From NCBI RefSeq assembly GCF_001194135.2, contig NC_068982.1:91899156-91962900 (forward strand): 63,745 nucleotides of DNA. The letters run 5' to 3'. Within the stretch, counting starts at the first letter, position 1; each line of letters starts with the position of its first letter. The notes below the pieces were generated by a model, which saw only the letters and a program-made list of their open reading frames with translations, was not told where the DNA came from and searched no databases. Source of the stretch: Octopus bimaculoides (Eukaryota). Of the stretch, positions 13,539 to 25,940 are shown piece by piece. Made by a program: the position numbers and the translations under genes.

Positions 13539-14113
13539 CAGATAATTAGACAGACACTCAGATAAAACCAACTGACTTATTTTGAAAATGACAAATAGCA
13601 TTTTATTAACTTCTATTAAAAGAACACAGAATCTTTTTCACAGAACTGAGGGTACGCCAGGAACCAACCCATTTTATAAATCCTGGTCTAGAGTAGCTGT
13701 AAGATCAGTAGTTAGGGGTAGTTAGGGGTAGTACAATAGATCTGTGTAAGTTTAATTGTGCCTGGGTTGTATTAGCAGCATTCACATGCATTGATACAAA
13801 CACACACACAGACATGTGTGTGTGTGTGTGTGTGTGCATGTGTGTGTGCGTGCGTGCATGTGTGTGTGTGTGTATTTATATAAATATAAGAATAATATGA
13901 TACAAGGATGGAAGATACCAGGCATTAATAGCAGATCACATTTGTTTCTGCACTGGACACCTGCTTTAAGTTGCTGAGTTTACATTTATATATCATTATA
14001 TAAGATTATTATTTAGAATTACTATATAACTGAATATTTTTCAGCAACAGCTATTGTGGGTTCTTTATCAGGGAAAATGCAATCAAACATTTAAATGCAT
14101 GATACAAGACTAC

Positions 14114-14210
<97 letters not shown>

Positions 14211-16042
14211 CAACTTAATTGATTTAATTCATTAAGGAACTAAGTGAATCAAATTGAAACACTGACACCAATTGGATCATGTTCTGAAATTTTTCTCTAT
14301 GACAAAATCCTGCAGCAAGTACCATTCATCATCTGATTGTACAGAAATGTGTTACAAATAGATGTATGCATCTTTATTCTGATCCACATTGTTTTATGTG
14401 TTAATGCTGATTTAATCATCACTTGTCAAGCTTCAGTATACCTTAGCAAATGTTTTGTTTGCTAATTTTTATATAGGAATAGAAGTCCCAATCTAACTTT
14501 AAAGGACATGGTCACTATCTACCATGGAAGAAGCAAAATTGAGTCAGAGTACACACTTCCAATTTTTAACATTTTTTTTTTTTTGTAACGGTCGACTCGG
14601 AACTGGTACGGACCGGAGGAATCCGACTGTCTAATTAAAACAGAGCATCGCGCAGCCAGCCGAGCCGCACAGGTGCGCTTTCTTTTGACATGTATGTTTG
14701 AAAAAGCAGGCAGTATAACTGAGCAAAAAATATGTTTCTCAAAATTTCAAAATTTTTGAAATCAAAAAATGAAAAAGTTACAATTAAATGAATAAAGTCA
14801 CACAGAATAAAATATATTAATGAAAGTCATATTTAACATGCTCAAGCACACTCAAAGATAGGAAGACCTTCTGCTACAGAAATAATCCTGTGACAAAATT
14901 CTCATTTTAGATGACATAGGAGTATTTCTGCAGCAGAAGGCTTTCTCATGTCTGAATGTGTTGCAACATGTTAAACATGACTTTATACAAATATATTTCG
15001 TTCAATAATGTTTTGTGCAACTTTGCTCATTTAATTCTAGCTTGACCAAGCTTTATGGACATCTGCAAATGGACCATGTAGTGTTCTAATATAAGAACAG
15101 ATTGATACTTATCAGGCCAGGTTTGGACAGATTTGGTGTTCATTACTGATAAATGAGAAAACATAGAAATGCATGTGTCCTATGAACAAATGATATCATT
15201 TATGGCCCAATGTGTGTTTCTAATTTTCCACAACAGAAAGTCTTCCAACATTGAAGCATGTTACGCATGACTTCATACAAAAATATTATGTATAATCTAC
15301 AATACAAATTTATAACTTCCTTTTTATGCCATGTATTTGTGCATGTATACAAATTATGAAATCTTTCTCTCTCACTTTCACTATCACTCTCTCTCTCTCT
15401 CTCTCTCTCTCATTCTCTTTCTCTCTCCTTCTCTCTCTTTCTCTTTCTCTCTCTTTCTCCCTTTCCCTTTCTCTCTCTCTCTCTCTCTTTGTAGTGTGTG
15501 TGTGTGTTCTGAATACAAATTATATTTCTTTCACTTTGTATACTACATATAGAAGAAAATGATATTTACTGTTGAAAAAAAATACAGAAATAAGATAGCA
15601 ATGCTGTCACCTGACCTACTTAGAATAAGATGCACAAGTCAATAATGAGATTTCTCAGCCCTCCTATGTGCATCCCCCTTTTTACAGTGCTACAATGTGT
15701 ATTCCCTTGTCCCAGTTCTACAATATACTTCTCCCAACTCTACATTGCGTTCTCCTTTTTTCCAGTTCTTCCTATTAAGTGCTCTCCTTCTATCAGCCCT
15801 ACATTGTGCATCCCTATAAACAATTCTTTTTATACAAATCACTCTAGCCATCACTTTCTTATCAGAACTGGAAAATGTGATTGAAAATTAGAATTAAATT
15901 GCATGCAAGAAATTTCTAATTTTATTGTCATTCATATATTATCCAGCAAATATGCTATGTGGCCTTGCTTGTCTCATAACTTATTGATCAATGTTGTTTA
16001 TACAGGTTGCAACATGACACGCGTAGGCAGGTAGTGTGTGTT

Positions 16043-16073
<31 letters not shown>

Positions 16074-19000
16074 CTATGAGAGAAAGAGAGGGGAGAAGGT
16101 AAGAGAAAGTGAAATGAAGACAGAAAGGAAGAAAGAAAGAAAAAAAGCACTTATGACTGAACACTACTTTTCTGTATTGTTGCTAGGGTGGGGCAATGGT
16201 GTTAGTCTTCTCCAGACAGCACATTTGGGTCGCCTGTATAAGCTAGTATAAACTTTGGGACCTGAGTGGGGGGAGGCAAACCCAAGGGCTACTCTAACTA
16301 TGTCACTCGTACTTCTTAAACGTCTTTTAACTATTACCCCTTTTCTTTTTACTAGTATGATTTCATCACACCTTTGTTATGATTCAATATTACCCTCTTC
16401 CATTTTTAATGTACATGCACATTATTTCAGACTAGAGTGATTTTGTTCCAGGTATTAATATGACATAAGTAACTAAGGCGGCAAGTTGGCAGAATTGTTA
16501 ACACGCTGGGCAAAATGCTTAGCAGCATTTCGTCCATCTTTACATTCTGAGTTCAAATGCCACCAAGGTCAACTTTGCCTTTCATCCTTTTGGGATCAAT
16601 AAAACAAATACCAGCTGCATACTGGGGGTCAATGTAATTGACTTAGCTCCTTCCCTGAAACTGCTGGCCCTGTGCCAAAATTTGAAACCAATATGATATA
16701 GGTGACTACTTACCAAAGCATTACCCTAATATAAGCAAATACCATAAGAATTGATGGAATATTTTTGATTTTGTTTAATTATTCACATTTCAAAATTTAT
16801 TATTATTGTTGATGTTATGGTAACTGTTATTGTCATTGTTGTTATTGTGATTGACAAACCGGAAAGACAGTTAGGCATCTTGGAAAGACAAGAGGACTGC
16901 TCAGAAAGACGAGTGGACAATAGGAAAGACTATCGACACCAGGAGAGACTGGCGGAGGCTGCGGACTTACAATCCTCACCTTTGTAATATATTTTAACAA
17001 CTACAAATGAGAATGACAGCCCCACGATTGACTGAGAGGGGGGAGTCGAGAATCAATCAAACCCAGTTAACACGGAAATGACCTTGGACACAAGTACGGC
17101 TATTCATTCGAACACCGAACGAAGTGCAAACAACTTTGGATGCAAGCTGTGCTGTAGAACCTTTGCAACTGTGAGAGGCTTGAAGATACATCAGGGAAAG
17201 ACTTGTGAGAAGAAGACAGAGCAGTGTGGATCATCTGATCGTAAAACATGTGGCAAATCATCCCCGGACTCAAACCACAGTGGATCGATAAATGCTACAG
17301 CAAAGACCTCTTCCTGTCAGGTAGTACTCAGAGGTGCATCAGGTAGTACTCGGAGGAAACCGAGGGTTTTGTGGCCTGCTGCTAATGAGAAAGGGAAATA
17401 TAAAGAGTTTGAAAACAAGGTGTGTTGAGCTCTTTATAAAATTACAGGCTCTACAGTGGAGAAACTGGGAAAATTAACAAGCTCAATTCATGACACAGGG
17501 AAGGAATTGTTTGGAATGAAAGAGAGTATCCGATTAGAGAAAGGAAAGCGTAGACCAAACAGGAGGATCAGGAAAATGAAACAGTTGAGGAAGGAAAAGA
17601 CCAGCCTAAGAAAGCGATGGAAATGTGCTGCAAGAGATGAAAAACCTGGCCTCGTGCTGCTGTATAACGATTTGAAAAGGAAATGTCGTTATGCGCAACG
17701 GCATATCCGCCGATATGAGCATCGAAAGAAGAGTAAAAGGACTCAGGGACAGTTTCTGAAGAACCTGTACAGGTTTACTAAGAAGCTGTTCACTGAACCG
17801 AAGAGTGGTTCTTTATCGTGCACGAAAGAAGAATTGGACGCTCATATCAAAGAAACCTACAGCAATTCGCACCGTAACCAGCCAGTGCTTAATGATTTAG
17901 CCACTACATGATTTAGCCACTACATGATTTAGCCACTACATGATTTAGCTACTACATGATTTAGCCACTACATGGGCTAAATCATCTCTCAGAACCTGAT
18001 ATCGAATTCCAAATTGGGGACATCAGAGAGAGAGAGGTGAATGATTTTCGTAAGAAAAGCTAGAGCAAAGAGTGCCCCAGGAGGTGATGGCATCTCATAT
18101 AAAGTTTATAAATATTGCAATCGTCTGTGAAAGAAGCTCTTTGTCCTATTCCGACAGTTGTGGCACAAAGAGACTCTAGTAGAGGATTGGTGTAAGGCAG
18201 AAGGTATATACCTGCCAAAGGAGGCCAATGCAAAGACTTTAAAACAGTTTAGGCTGATATCCTTATTGAATGTGGAAGGCAAGATCTTTATGGGAATTCT
18301 TTCGAGGAGAACAGTGACATATTTACAGAGTAATGGATATGTTGATGAATCTGTTCAAAAGGCCAGAATCCCTGGGATCCCTGGATGCGTTGAACACTGC
18401 TTTTTGATTTGGAAAGTGATCCAAGATGCCAAACAGAACAAGAGAAGTTTGAACGTGGTATGGCTTGACCTAGCTAATGCACATGGCTCAGCACCACACG
18501 AATTACTGATAAGAGTCATGGACCACTTCTACATTCCAGACAAAGTGATCAAAATAATGAGGATGTACTATGACAGTTTCGAAATGAGGTTTACAGCTGG
18601 AGATTTTACAACAGATTGGCACCGATTGGAGATTGGTATTGCTGCTGGCTGTACAATATCTGTCACGTGGTTTATCTTAGTCATGGAGATGATTTTGAAA
18701 GCGGTGGATTTTTCGGAACAAATCGCCCATGCACCATCGCCTAAGAATGCCTTCATGGATGACATGACACTTCTAGCTACAGATAAACAAATCATGCAGA
18801 ATGCCCTCTTGAGACTAGACAAACTTGTGAGGTGGTCAAGGATGCAGTTTAGAGCAAAAAAGTCATGTAGTCTGACATTTGTTAAGGGAGTGCAGAAAGA
18901 ATTTAAGTTTCGAATAGCAGAAGAAAGCATTCCAACAGTCAAAGAAGAACCCATCAAGAGCTTGGGGTGTGTATACGCTGGAACATTGTCAGATAGAAGT

Positions 19001-22000
19001 CGCAAAATGGAAATTATGAAACAAGCCGAGGCTGGATTATCAGCGATTGATAACTCGAAGTTACCAGGTAACTATAAAATTTGGTGCTTGCAGTTCGGTT
19101 TGTACCCGCGACTTTCATGGCCACTCTTAATATATGAGGTATCCTTGTCACGAGTTCAAATCATTTAACAAAAATGTAATGTGTTCATTAGAAAGTGGCT
19201 AGGCCTACCTCGGATGTTGAACAGTTCAGCTCTTTATCGTAAAAGAGGTTTGTTGCAGTTACCACTAGCGTCAATAGTCGAAATATACAAACTAGGGAAG
19301 ATACAGACGGTGATGATGCTGAGAGAATCGAAGGACATGGAAATCAGGCGTAACCCACCAGAGGTGAAAACAGCCAGGAAGTGAAAAGCAGAAGCAGAGG
19401 CTGATGACATCTTGTCTTCTCTTATACACAGAGATATGGTGGGTGCAACACAGAACCATTGGAGAGGACTTGGTTTTGGCACAGATCAGTTCAGGCTGTT
19501 TGCAAGTATGATGCGGAGCAAACACAGATCTGTTGTTAGCAACAGTATCAAAACAAGAGAAGCAGAGAAAAGAGAGCTTCATTTGATCACATGTAGTCAA
19601 CAAGGACAGATGAAGAGATGGGAAGAACATGTTGTTGAGAGGAAAATACGTTGGGATGAGATATGGAAGTGGACGACATCTCGGCTAAGTTTTCTCATTC
19701 GTTCATCTTATGATGTTTTGCCGTCACCTACGAATCTAGTATGATGGAATGTCTCAGAAAATGACATATGCTAATGCGGAATGGTCGGAACACTGAAACA
19801 TATTCTTTCCAACTGTCCCTTAGCATTGAATAGGTATACATGGAGACACAACCTGGTCCTGAAGGTTATCTTCAATGCTATGAAGAACCAAATTCATCTC
19901 AACAACACTGAGAAAAAACAGTTGAAAGTACCATCTAGAGATTTTATTACCTTCGTGCCATCAGGTCAGCGGATCCGTTTCAAGAAGAACAAGATACTTC
20001 CTGTGAGAGATGAAAAGTGGAACAGCTATTGGGAAGTGACTGCAGATTTACCTGGGTGCCAAGGATTCTTTCCCATCCCAGTTATGGAAAAACCAGACAT
20101 TTTAATGTGGTGTGAAAGAAGGAAAGTTGTAAATCTAGTTGAGTTAACGGTTCCTCATGAAGATAACATGGACGCCACGTGGGCTCGTAAGATTGACCAT
20201 TATGTAAACCTCCTCGAGAAATGTGAAGACGCAGGCTGGAAAGCAGAGCATTTTCCAATCAAAGTTGGATGTAGAGGGTTTGTTGGACAGTGTGAGATGA
20301 CTGTTGTTATCGTTAGTCCTAACTCATCGTAAGGTAATTACCACCATGACCGATATCCAAAATACAGTGGAGAAGGCTAGCCACTGGATTTGGTTAAAAA
20401 GAGACGATGAGCGATGGCTAGAGAAATATTGAGCTTTGTTTTTAATAACCAGTTGATCTAGCAAGCGGGGTCTCATATCAGTGAGGAGGGGGGGCACATT
20501 GATGCCGTCGAGTGGTAGGCCCCAAAACGGCGCGCATTCTCTCCTGATGACCTCATACACTTGCTGGCTTCCGGTATGCAGAGTTCTCGACTGGTAGCAC
20601 TTGCATGTGCATGTTGTTTGCAAGACATCTATAATATTACATTAAAGTTTTGGTAAATTTATTGAAGAACACGCATCTCAACCCCAATGAAAAGTAATTA
20701 TTTCTCTTTGCTTCTTTCATGTGCTAACAACTAATCTGACCTCTGAACATGCAATAAAGGACATTTTTCCCCAGAAAATGAAAGGAGATGGTGAGATGGG
20801 ACTGTTGAAATTCAGAAACAACTAACTTTGTAGAAAAAGGAGACGGGAAGGTGAGGGCTGAAAGACCACTGGAGTTTTGAAGGCTTATATGCATTCGGTA
20901 GGAAATTATATTCTTGGTATTTTTTTTTTTTTATTGTTGAATTATTATCAATGAATCTGACCTTCAAACATGTTGCAAATGACCATTTGTTTTTTTTGGG
21001 GGGAGGGGGAGAATGACAAACCCTCTGATCTCTCCATACACACATGCACATTTCAGAGTTTTCTTGTTTTTTTTACAATATTTCTTTTTTATAAGTGTTA
21101 TCAATGAATGATCTTCAAAACAGTTAGTAATTATTCATGTCTTTGTTACATGAGTGGGTGGGGATGGTGTTTTCTCTGCAATTAGAACCGTCTTGCATTG
21201 GAGGTGCAATTTTTTTCTGGGTATTTTGGTGTATATTCAATGCATAAAAGCTGAACATTAGAAGCATCAGTTGTGGTGTGCAAGAGAGACGATTGCGCTG
21301 GTATGGACATGTGGTGAGAATGGATGAGGATAGCTGCGTGAAAAAGTGCCACACCCTAAGAGTTGAGGGAACCCGTGGAAGAGGTAGGCCCAGGAAGACC
21401 TGGGCTGAGGTGGTGAGGCAAGACTTTCGTACATTGGGCCTCACCGAGGCGATGACTACTGACCGAGACCTTTGNNNNNNNNNNNNNNNNNNNNNNNNNN
21501 NNNNNNNNNNNNNNNNNNNNNNNNNNNNNNNNNNNNNNNNNNNNNNNNNNNNNNNNNNNNNNNNNNNNNNNNNNNNNNNNNNNNNNNNNNNNNNNNNNNN
21601 NNNNNNNNNNNNNNNNNNNNNNNNNNNNNNNNNNNNNNNNNNNNNNNNNNNNNNNNNNNNNNNNNNNNNNNNNNNNNNNNNNNNNNNNNNNNNNNNNNNN
21701 NNNNNNNNNNNNNNNNNNNNNNNNNNNNNNNNNNNNNNNNNNNNNNNNNNNNNNNNNNNNNNNNNNNNNNNNNNNNNNNNNNNNNNNNNNNNNNNNNNNN
21801 NNNNNNNNNNNNNNNNNNNNNNNNNNNNNNNNNNNNNNNNNNNNNNNNNNNNNNNNNNNNNNNNNNNNNNNNNNNNNNNNNNNNNNNNNNNNNNNNNNNN
21901 NNNNNNNNNNNNNNNNNNNNNNNNNNNNNNNNNNNNNNNNNGGCTTGTGCGGGTGGCACATAAAAGACACCATTTCGAGCGTGGCCGTTTTCGTGCGGGT

Positions 22001-25000
22001 GACACGTAAAAGCACCCACTACACTCTCTGAGTGGTTGGCGTTAGGAAGGGCATCCAGCTGTAGAAACTCTGCCAAATTAGACTGGAGCCTGGTGTTGCC
22101 ATCCGGTTTCACCAGTCCTCAGTCAAATCGTCCAACCCATGATAGCATGGAAAGCGGACGTTAAACGATGATGATGATGATGATTGCTTTCAGAACCATT
22201 GGAAATTGTTCATTATTTAATTAAGCATACCTCAAAACTAATGTCAAGGGTGAATAATTCCTTAGGGCTTTAATGAAACATGCCAACCAATTAGCCTTAA
22301 GATTAAAAGTAAATAAATTAAAGAATAGTTAAAAGATATTTCTATTCTAAAGATGTCATTAAGCTTAGCAACATCACTCATAGAAACTGGTACTGACAAA
22401 ACAGGATTGTATACCAGCAGAGAACAGGTGCCAAGCATAACATTTGACTCTATCAATGTATATTTGAAGAAAGTTGCCAATGTTGTTCCATAAAAACCAA
22501 TCCAATTTTCTGTGTTAGATTGTTTAGTACATTGAAGGAGTAACATAGTTAATAAATTCTAGTGGCTTTTATTCATTTACTTAATTTCCTTACATTTTGC
22601 CTTTATTGTAGACTAGCAGTTAAAGAGAATAATGAAATCTAAAAACGCCGTCTAGACTACGCATCATCTTTATACATAGAGATGTATATACACACACGCA
22701 CCCAAACACACGTATATATATGTATATCAATATAAATATATGAAAATCAATGAAGTTTCGTAAAAGAAGGTGATCATGTACATACTTTCTTGCTGTTGTG
22801 ATTATAACACCTCATTGTAAACTATGTTCCTTGTTTTCCCTTGTGGAGCATAAACAAATAGGTTTTTTGTTGCTGCCCACTCTTGAGCAGCCAACATACA
22901 GTTGTCCATGTGAGAAGCAGGGCTCTTCCAAGAGAAGACCAGCTACAGACAGTGTTTGACCCTGATATTTGTTTATGGACATGGCANNNNNNNNNNNNNN
23001 NNNNNNNNNNNNNNNNNNNNNNNNNNNNNNNNNNNNNNNNNNNNNNNNNNNNNNNNNNNNNNNNNNNNNNNNNNNNNNNNNNNNNNNNNNNNNNNNNNNN
23101 NNNNNNNNNNNNNNNNNNNNNNNNNNNNNNNNNNNNNNNNNNNNNNNNNNNNNNNNNNNNNNNNNNNNNNNNNNNNNNNNNNNNNNNNNNNNNNNNNNNN
23201 NNNNNNNNNNNNNNNNNNNNNNNNNNNNNNNNNNNNNNNNNNNNNNNNNNNNNNNNNNNNNNNNNNNNNNNNNNNNNNNNNNNNNNNNNNNNNNNNNNNN
23301 NNNNNNNNNNNNNNNNNNNNNNNNNNNNNNNNNNNNNNNNNNNNNNNNNNNNNNNNNNNNNNNNNNNNNNNNNNNNNNNNNNNNNNNNNNNNNNNNNNNN
23401 NNNNNNNNNNNNNNNNNNNNNNNNNNNNNNNNNNNNNNNNNNNNNNNNNNNNNNNNNNNNNNNNNNNNNNNNNNNNNNNNNNNNNNNNNNNNNNNNNNNN
23501 NNNNNNNNNNNNNNNNNNNNNNNNNNNNNNNNNNNNNNNNNNNNNNNNNTCTCTCTTTCTCTCTCTGTGAAAGTATCTGTCACTACAGTATCGAAATGTG
23601 ATTGTTTCAGTTAGTGGAATAGTTTCATTTTTAAAGTGAAAGTATTTGACATGAGTGTTTTTGTTTCACTTTTGACACGTAATACTTAAATAGTGGAGGA
23701 GATATTATGTTGCCGTGTGCTCGAACTCTGCAAGAAGTTAATAATTTTTTTTGACTAAAACACAACTGGAACCCTAAGTAAGGCATGTGTAAAGTTTGAA
23801 TGAAATTGGTTGCGTAGTTCTCGAGTTTTAGGGATTCACACAGACAGACAGACAGACACACATTCTCATTTTTATATATATAGATATGTGAATGCCATGA
23901 GAGTTCAATAGGAATAACAAGACTTAGAAAATTGTAAAGTTTGAATGTAATGCTTAATACTTACTTCATAATTCTTTGTACAGGGATCATTAGAAAAGAT
24001 TTTAGATTCATACGCCGGAGTAGACTATTTTCAGCCTGCGATACTTGCAGGAATGCCCGGAGAACTTCTCGATCTCTTTCGAGCTGTTCTAAGATTTCTA
24101 TTGCAGATGTCTGTTGAAAGAAAATGAAAGAACTGAGCCATTATCATTTTTTTTTTGTTTGTTTTTGTATTTTCTCTTTTGGGAGTTTTCTGAATCTGAT
24201 TTCTCCACATAAAGTCAATACAAAAAAACTGAGTAGTAAACTGAAAGGAAATGTCAACTGAATGCAAAAAATCTAAGGATTAGACCTAAGAATCATTTAA
24301 AATATTAAAACTAATTTAAAGTCAAGCACAAATGACATGTATGACAGAAAATGAGTAAAGTAGTGACTGGTAGGACTCTAACCCCATCTTATGGTTGATA
24401 CCTTGATATGTAGTTTCAGTTTCCTTCTAGTTCCTCTCTTCTTGTTGCTCTTTCAAATAAAGTCTATAAGTGGTGCTCTATCATAAAGATGGTGTTTCAC
24501 AGTGGCGTCAAACATGATAATACAATGAACTCTTTTGTTTCTGCATTCACACCTAGCTTAATTACTTTAGCAGTGATAAAAAAACATATACCAAATTTCA
24601 TCTGGCAGGTTAAGACCTTTTGATTAAATCTAATCATTCACAACACCTTGTGGTTGTAGATGATCCCTTCATGAAGAAAATTTTCTTTATTTAAGGTGGA
24701 AAGGTGTGATTTAGAGAGATTTAGCTCTGTTTCTAGCAGAATGAGTAACCATGTAGAGGTTTCATTAGCTCTTCTATTATACTGCAGCACTAATTTTAAG
24801 ATTTCCAAAGGCTCAAAGCTATGACAGAAGCAATCATATTTCATCCCCATTTTGACAATTTTTATCTCTACTTATCAAAAAAAGAGCACAGATGACTATA
24901 AGAATCAAACAGAAAGTAAAAATTTATATCAACGATGTCTCAAGCAATCAGCGTGTCATCGTCATTGTTGTCATCATCACTGTTGTCATTGTCATTTTTA

Positions 25001-25895
25001 TGTCTCCTTAGCATGCATTCTACAATCTAGTGATATCATTCATAGCCTAGTGGTGTCTACACTCATATTGTCTATAAAGAGAATTTCTTCTCTCAAACCA
25101 ATTTATGCAGTCTATGGTCTTTGCATGTCCTAGTGTACTTGGACGTGTTAAATATGACTGTATCTGTCAATTTACCATTTATATCTACAAAGACCTAGAA
25201 TAAAACATGCAGTAATAAGTTGTGTGATGCAGAGTGTGTTTGAATGAAATACCTCTTGAAACCACTTGAGGAGACACATCTACACTGAGGGATACACCTA
25301 AATCAGTTGTGCAGCATCCCATCAGCAAGAGAGTAATGCTAGATGGATCGAAATGATTGTAGTAATCAATAAAGATTCTCATATCTTCTATTTTCCATTT
25401 TTTCCATTAATTATATATATATATCATTATCATCATAGTTTAATGTCCGCTTTCCATGCTAGCATGGGTTGGACGATTTGACTGAGGACTGGCAAGCCAG
25501 AAGGCTGCACCAGGCTCCAATCTGATCTGGCAGAGTTTCTACAGCTGGATGCCCTTCCTAACGCCAACCACTCCGAGAGTGTAGTGGGTGCTTTTACGTG
25601 CCACCGGTACGAGGGCCAGTCACACGGTACTGACAATAGCCTCGCTTAAAAGGTGTTTTTTACATGCCACCTGCACGGGAGCCAGTCAAGCAGCACTGGC
25701 AACAACCTCGCTCGAATGATTTTTTAACGTGCCACCAGCACAAGTGTTAAAAAGCAACACTGGTAATGATTACGCTCAAATGGTGCTATTTACGGGCCAC
25801 TAGCACGGAAGCCAGACAGCTTCTCTGGCAATGAACATGCTCGACAGTGCTGTTAGTGCCAGTCATCGAGTACAGTTCAATTACGATTTCAATTA

Positions 25896-25940
<45 letters not shown>

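Larger units (their letters stand above)
16855..20615 (+). mobile_element. Near full-length decayed RLE-type non-LTR retrotransposon (HERO-like): N-terminal C2H2 finger, RT, CCHC knuckle, restriction-like endonuclease
   Basis: CKLCCRTFATVRGLKIHQGKTC; KPRVLWP; KSAPGGDG; WLDLANAHGSAPH; GIAAGCTIS; AFMDDMTLL; LKHILSNC..RYTWRHNLVL; KPDIL..VELTVPHE. ORF ~17000-20432 is broken by stops and frameshifts. HERO clade call is from recalled motifs. Confidence 0.9.

Noticed and set aside
13200-13690. hAT/Charlie-like ends around the tetranucleotide repeats next to exon E; similar left end at ~63268
   Set aside because: TIR and TSD matches are too degenerate to support boundaries.
14585-14680. Functional rRNA gene
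   Set aside because: Only ~63 nt of LSU sequence with no flanking rDNA; recorded as a fragment.
16857-16954. CRISPR-like repeat-spacer reading of the GAAAG-containing array
   Set aside because: The period is only ~20 nt, the constant part is a 6-8 nt loop, the variable parts are self-complementary stems, there are no cas genes and the context is eukaryotic.
16780-20660. Site-specific target (28S, U2, spliced leader) or TSD for the HERO-like element
   Set aside because: Flanks are AT-rich low-complexity sequence with no such RNA gene and no clear duplication; the 28S fragment 2.2 kb away is separated by unrelated sequence.
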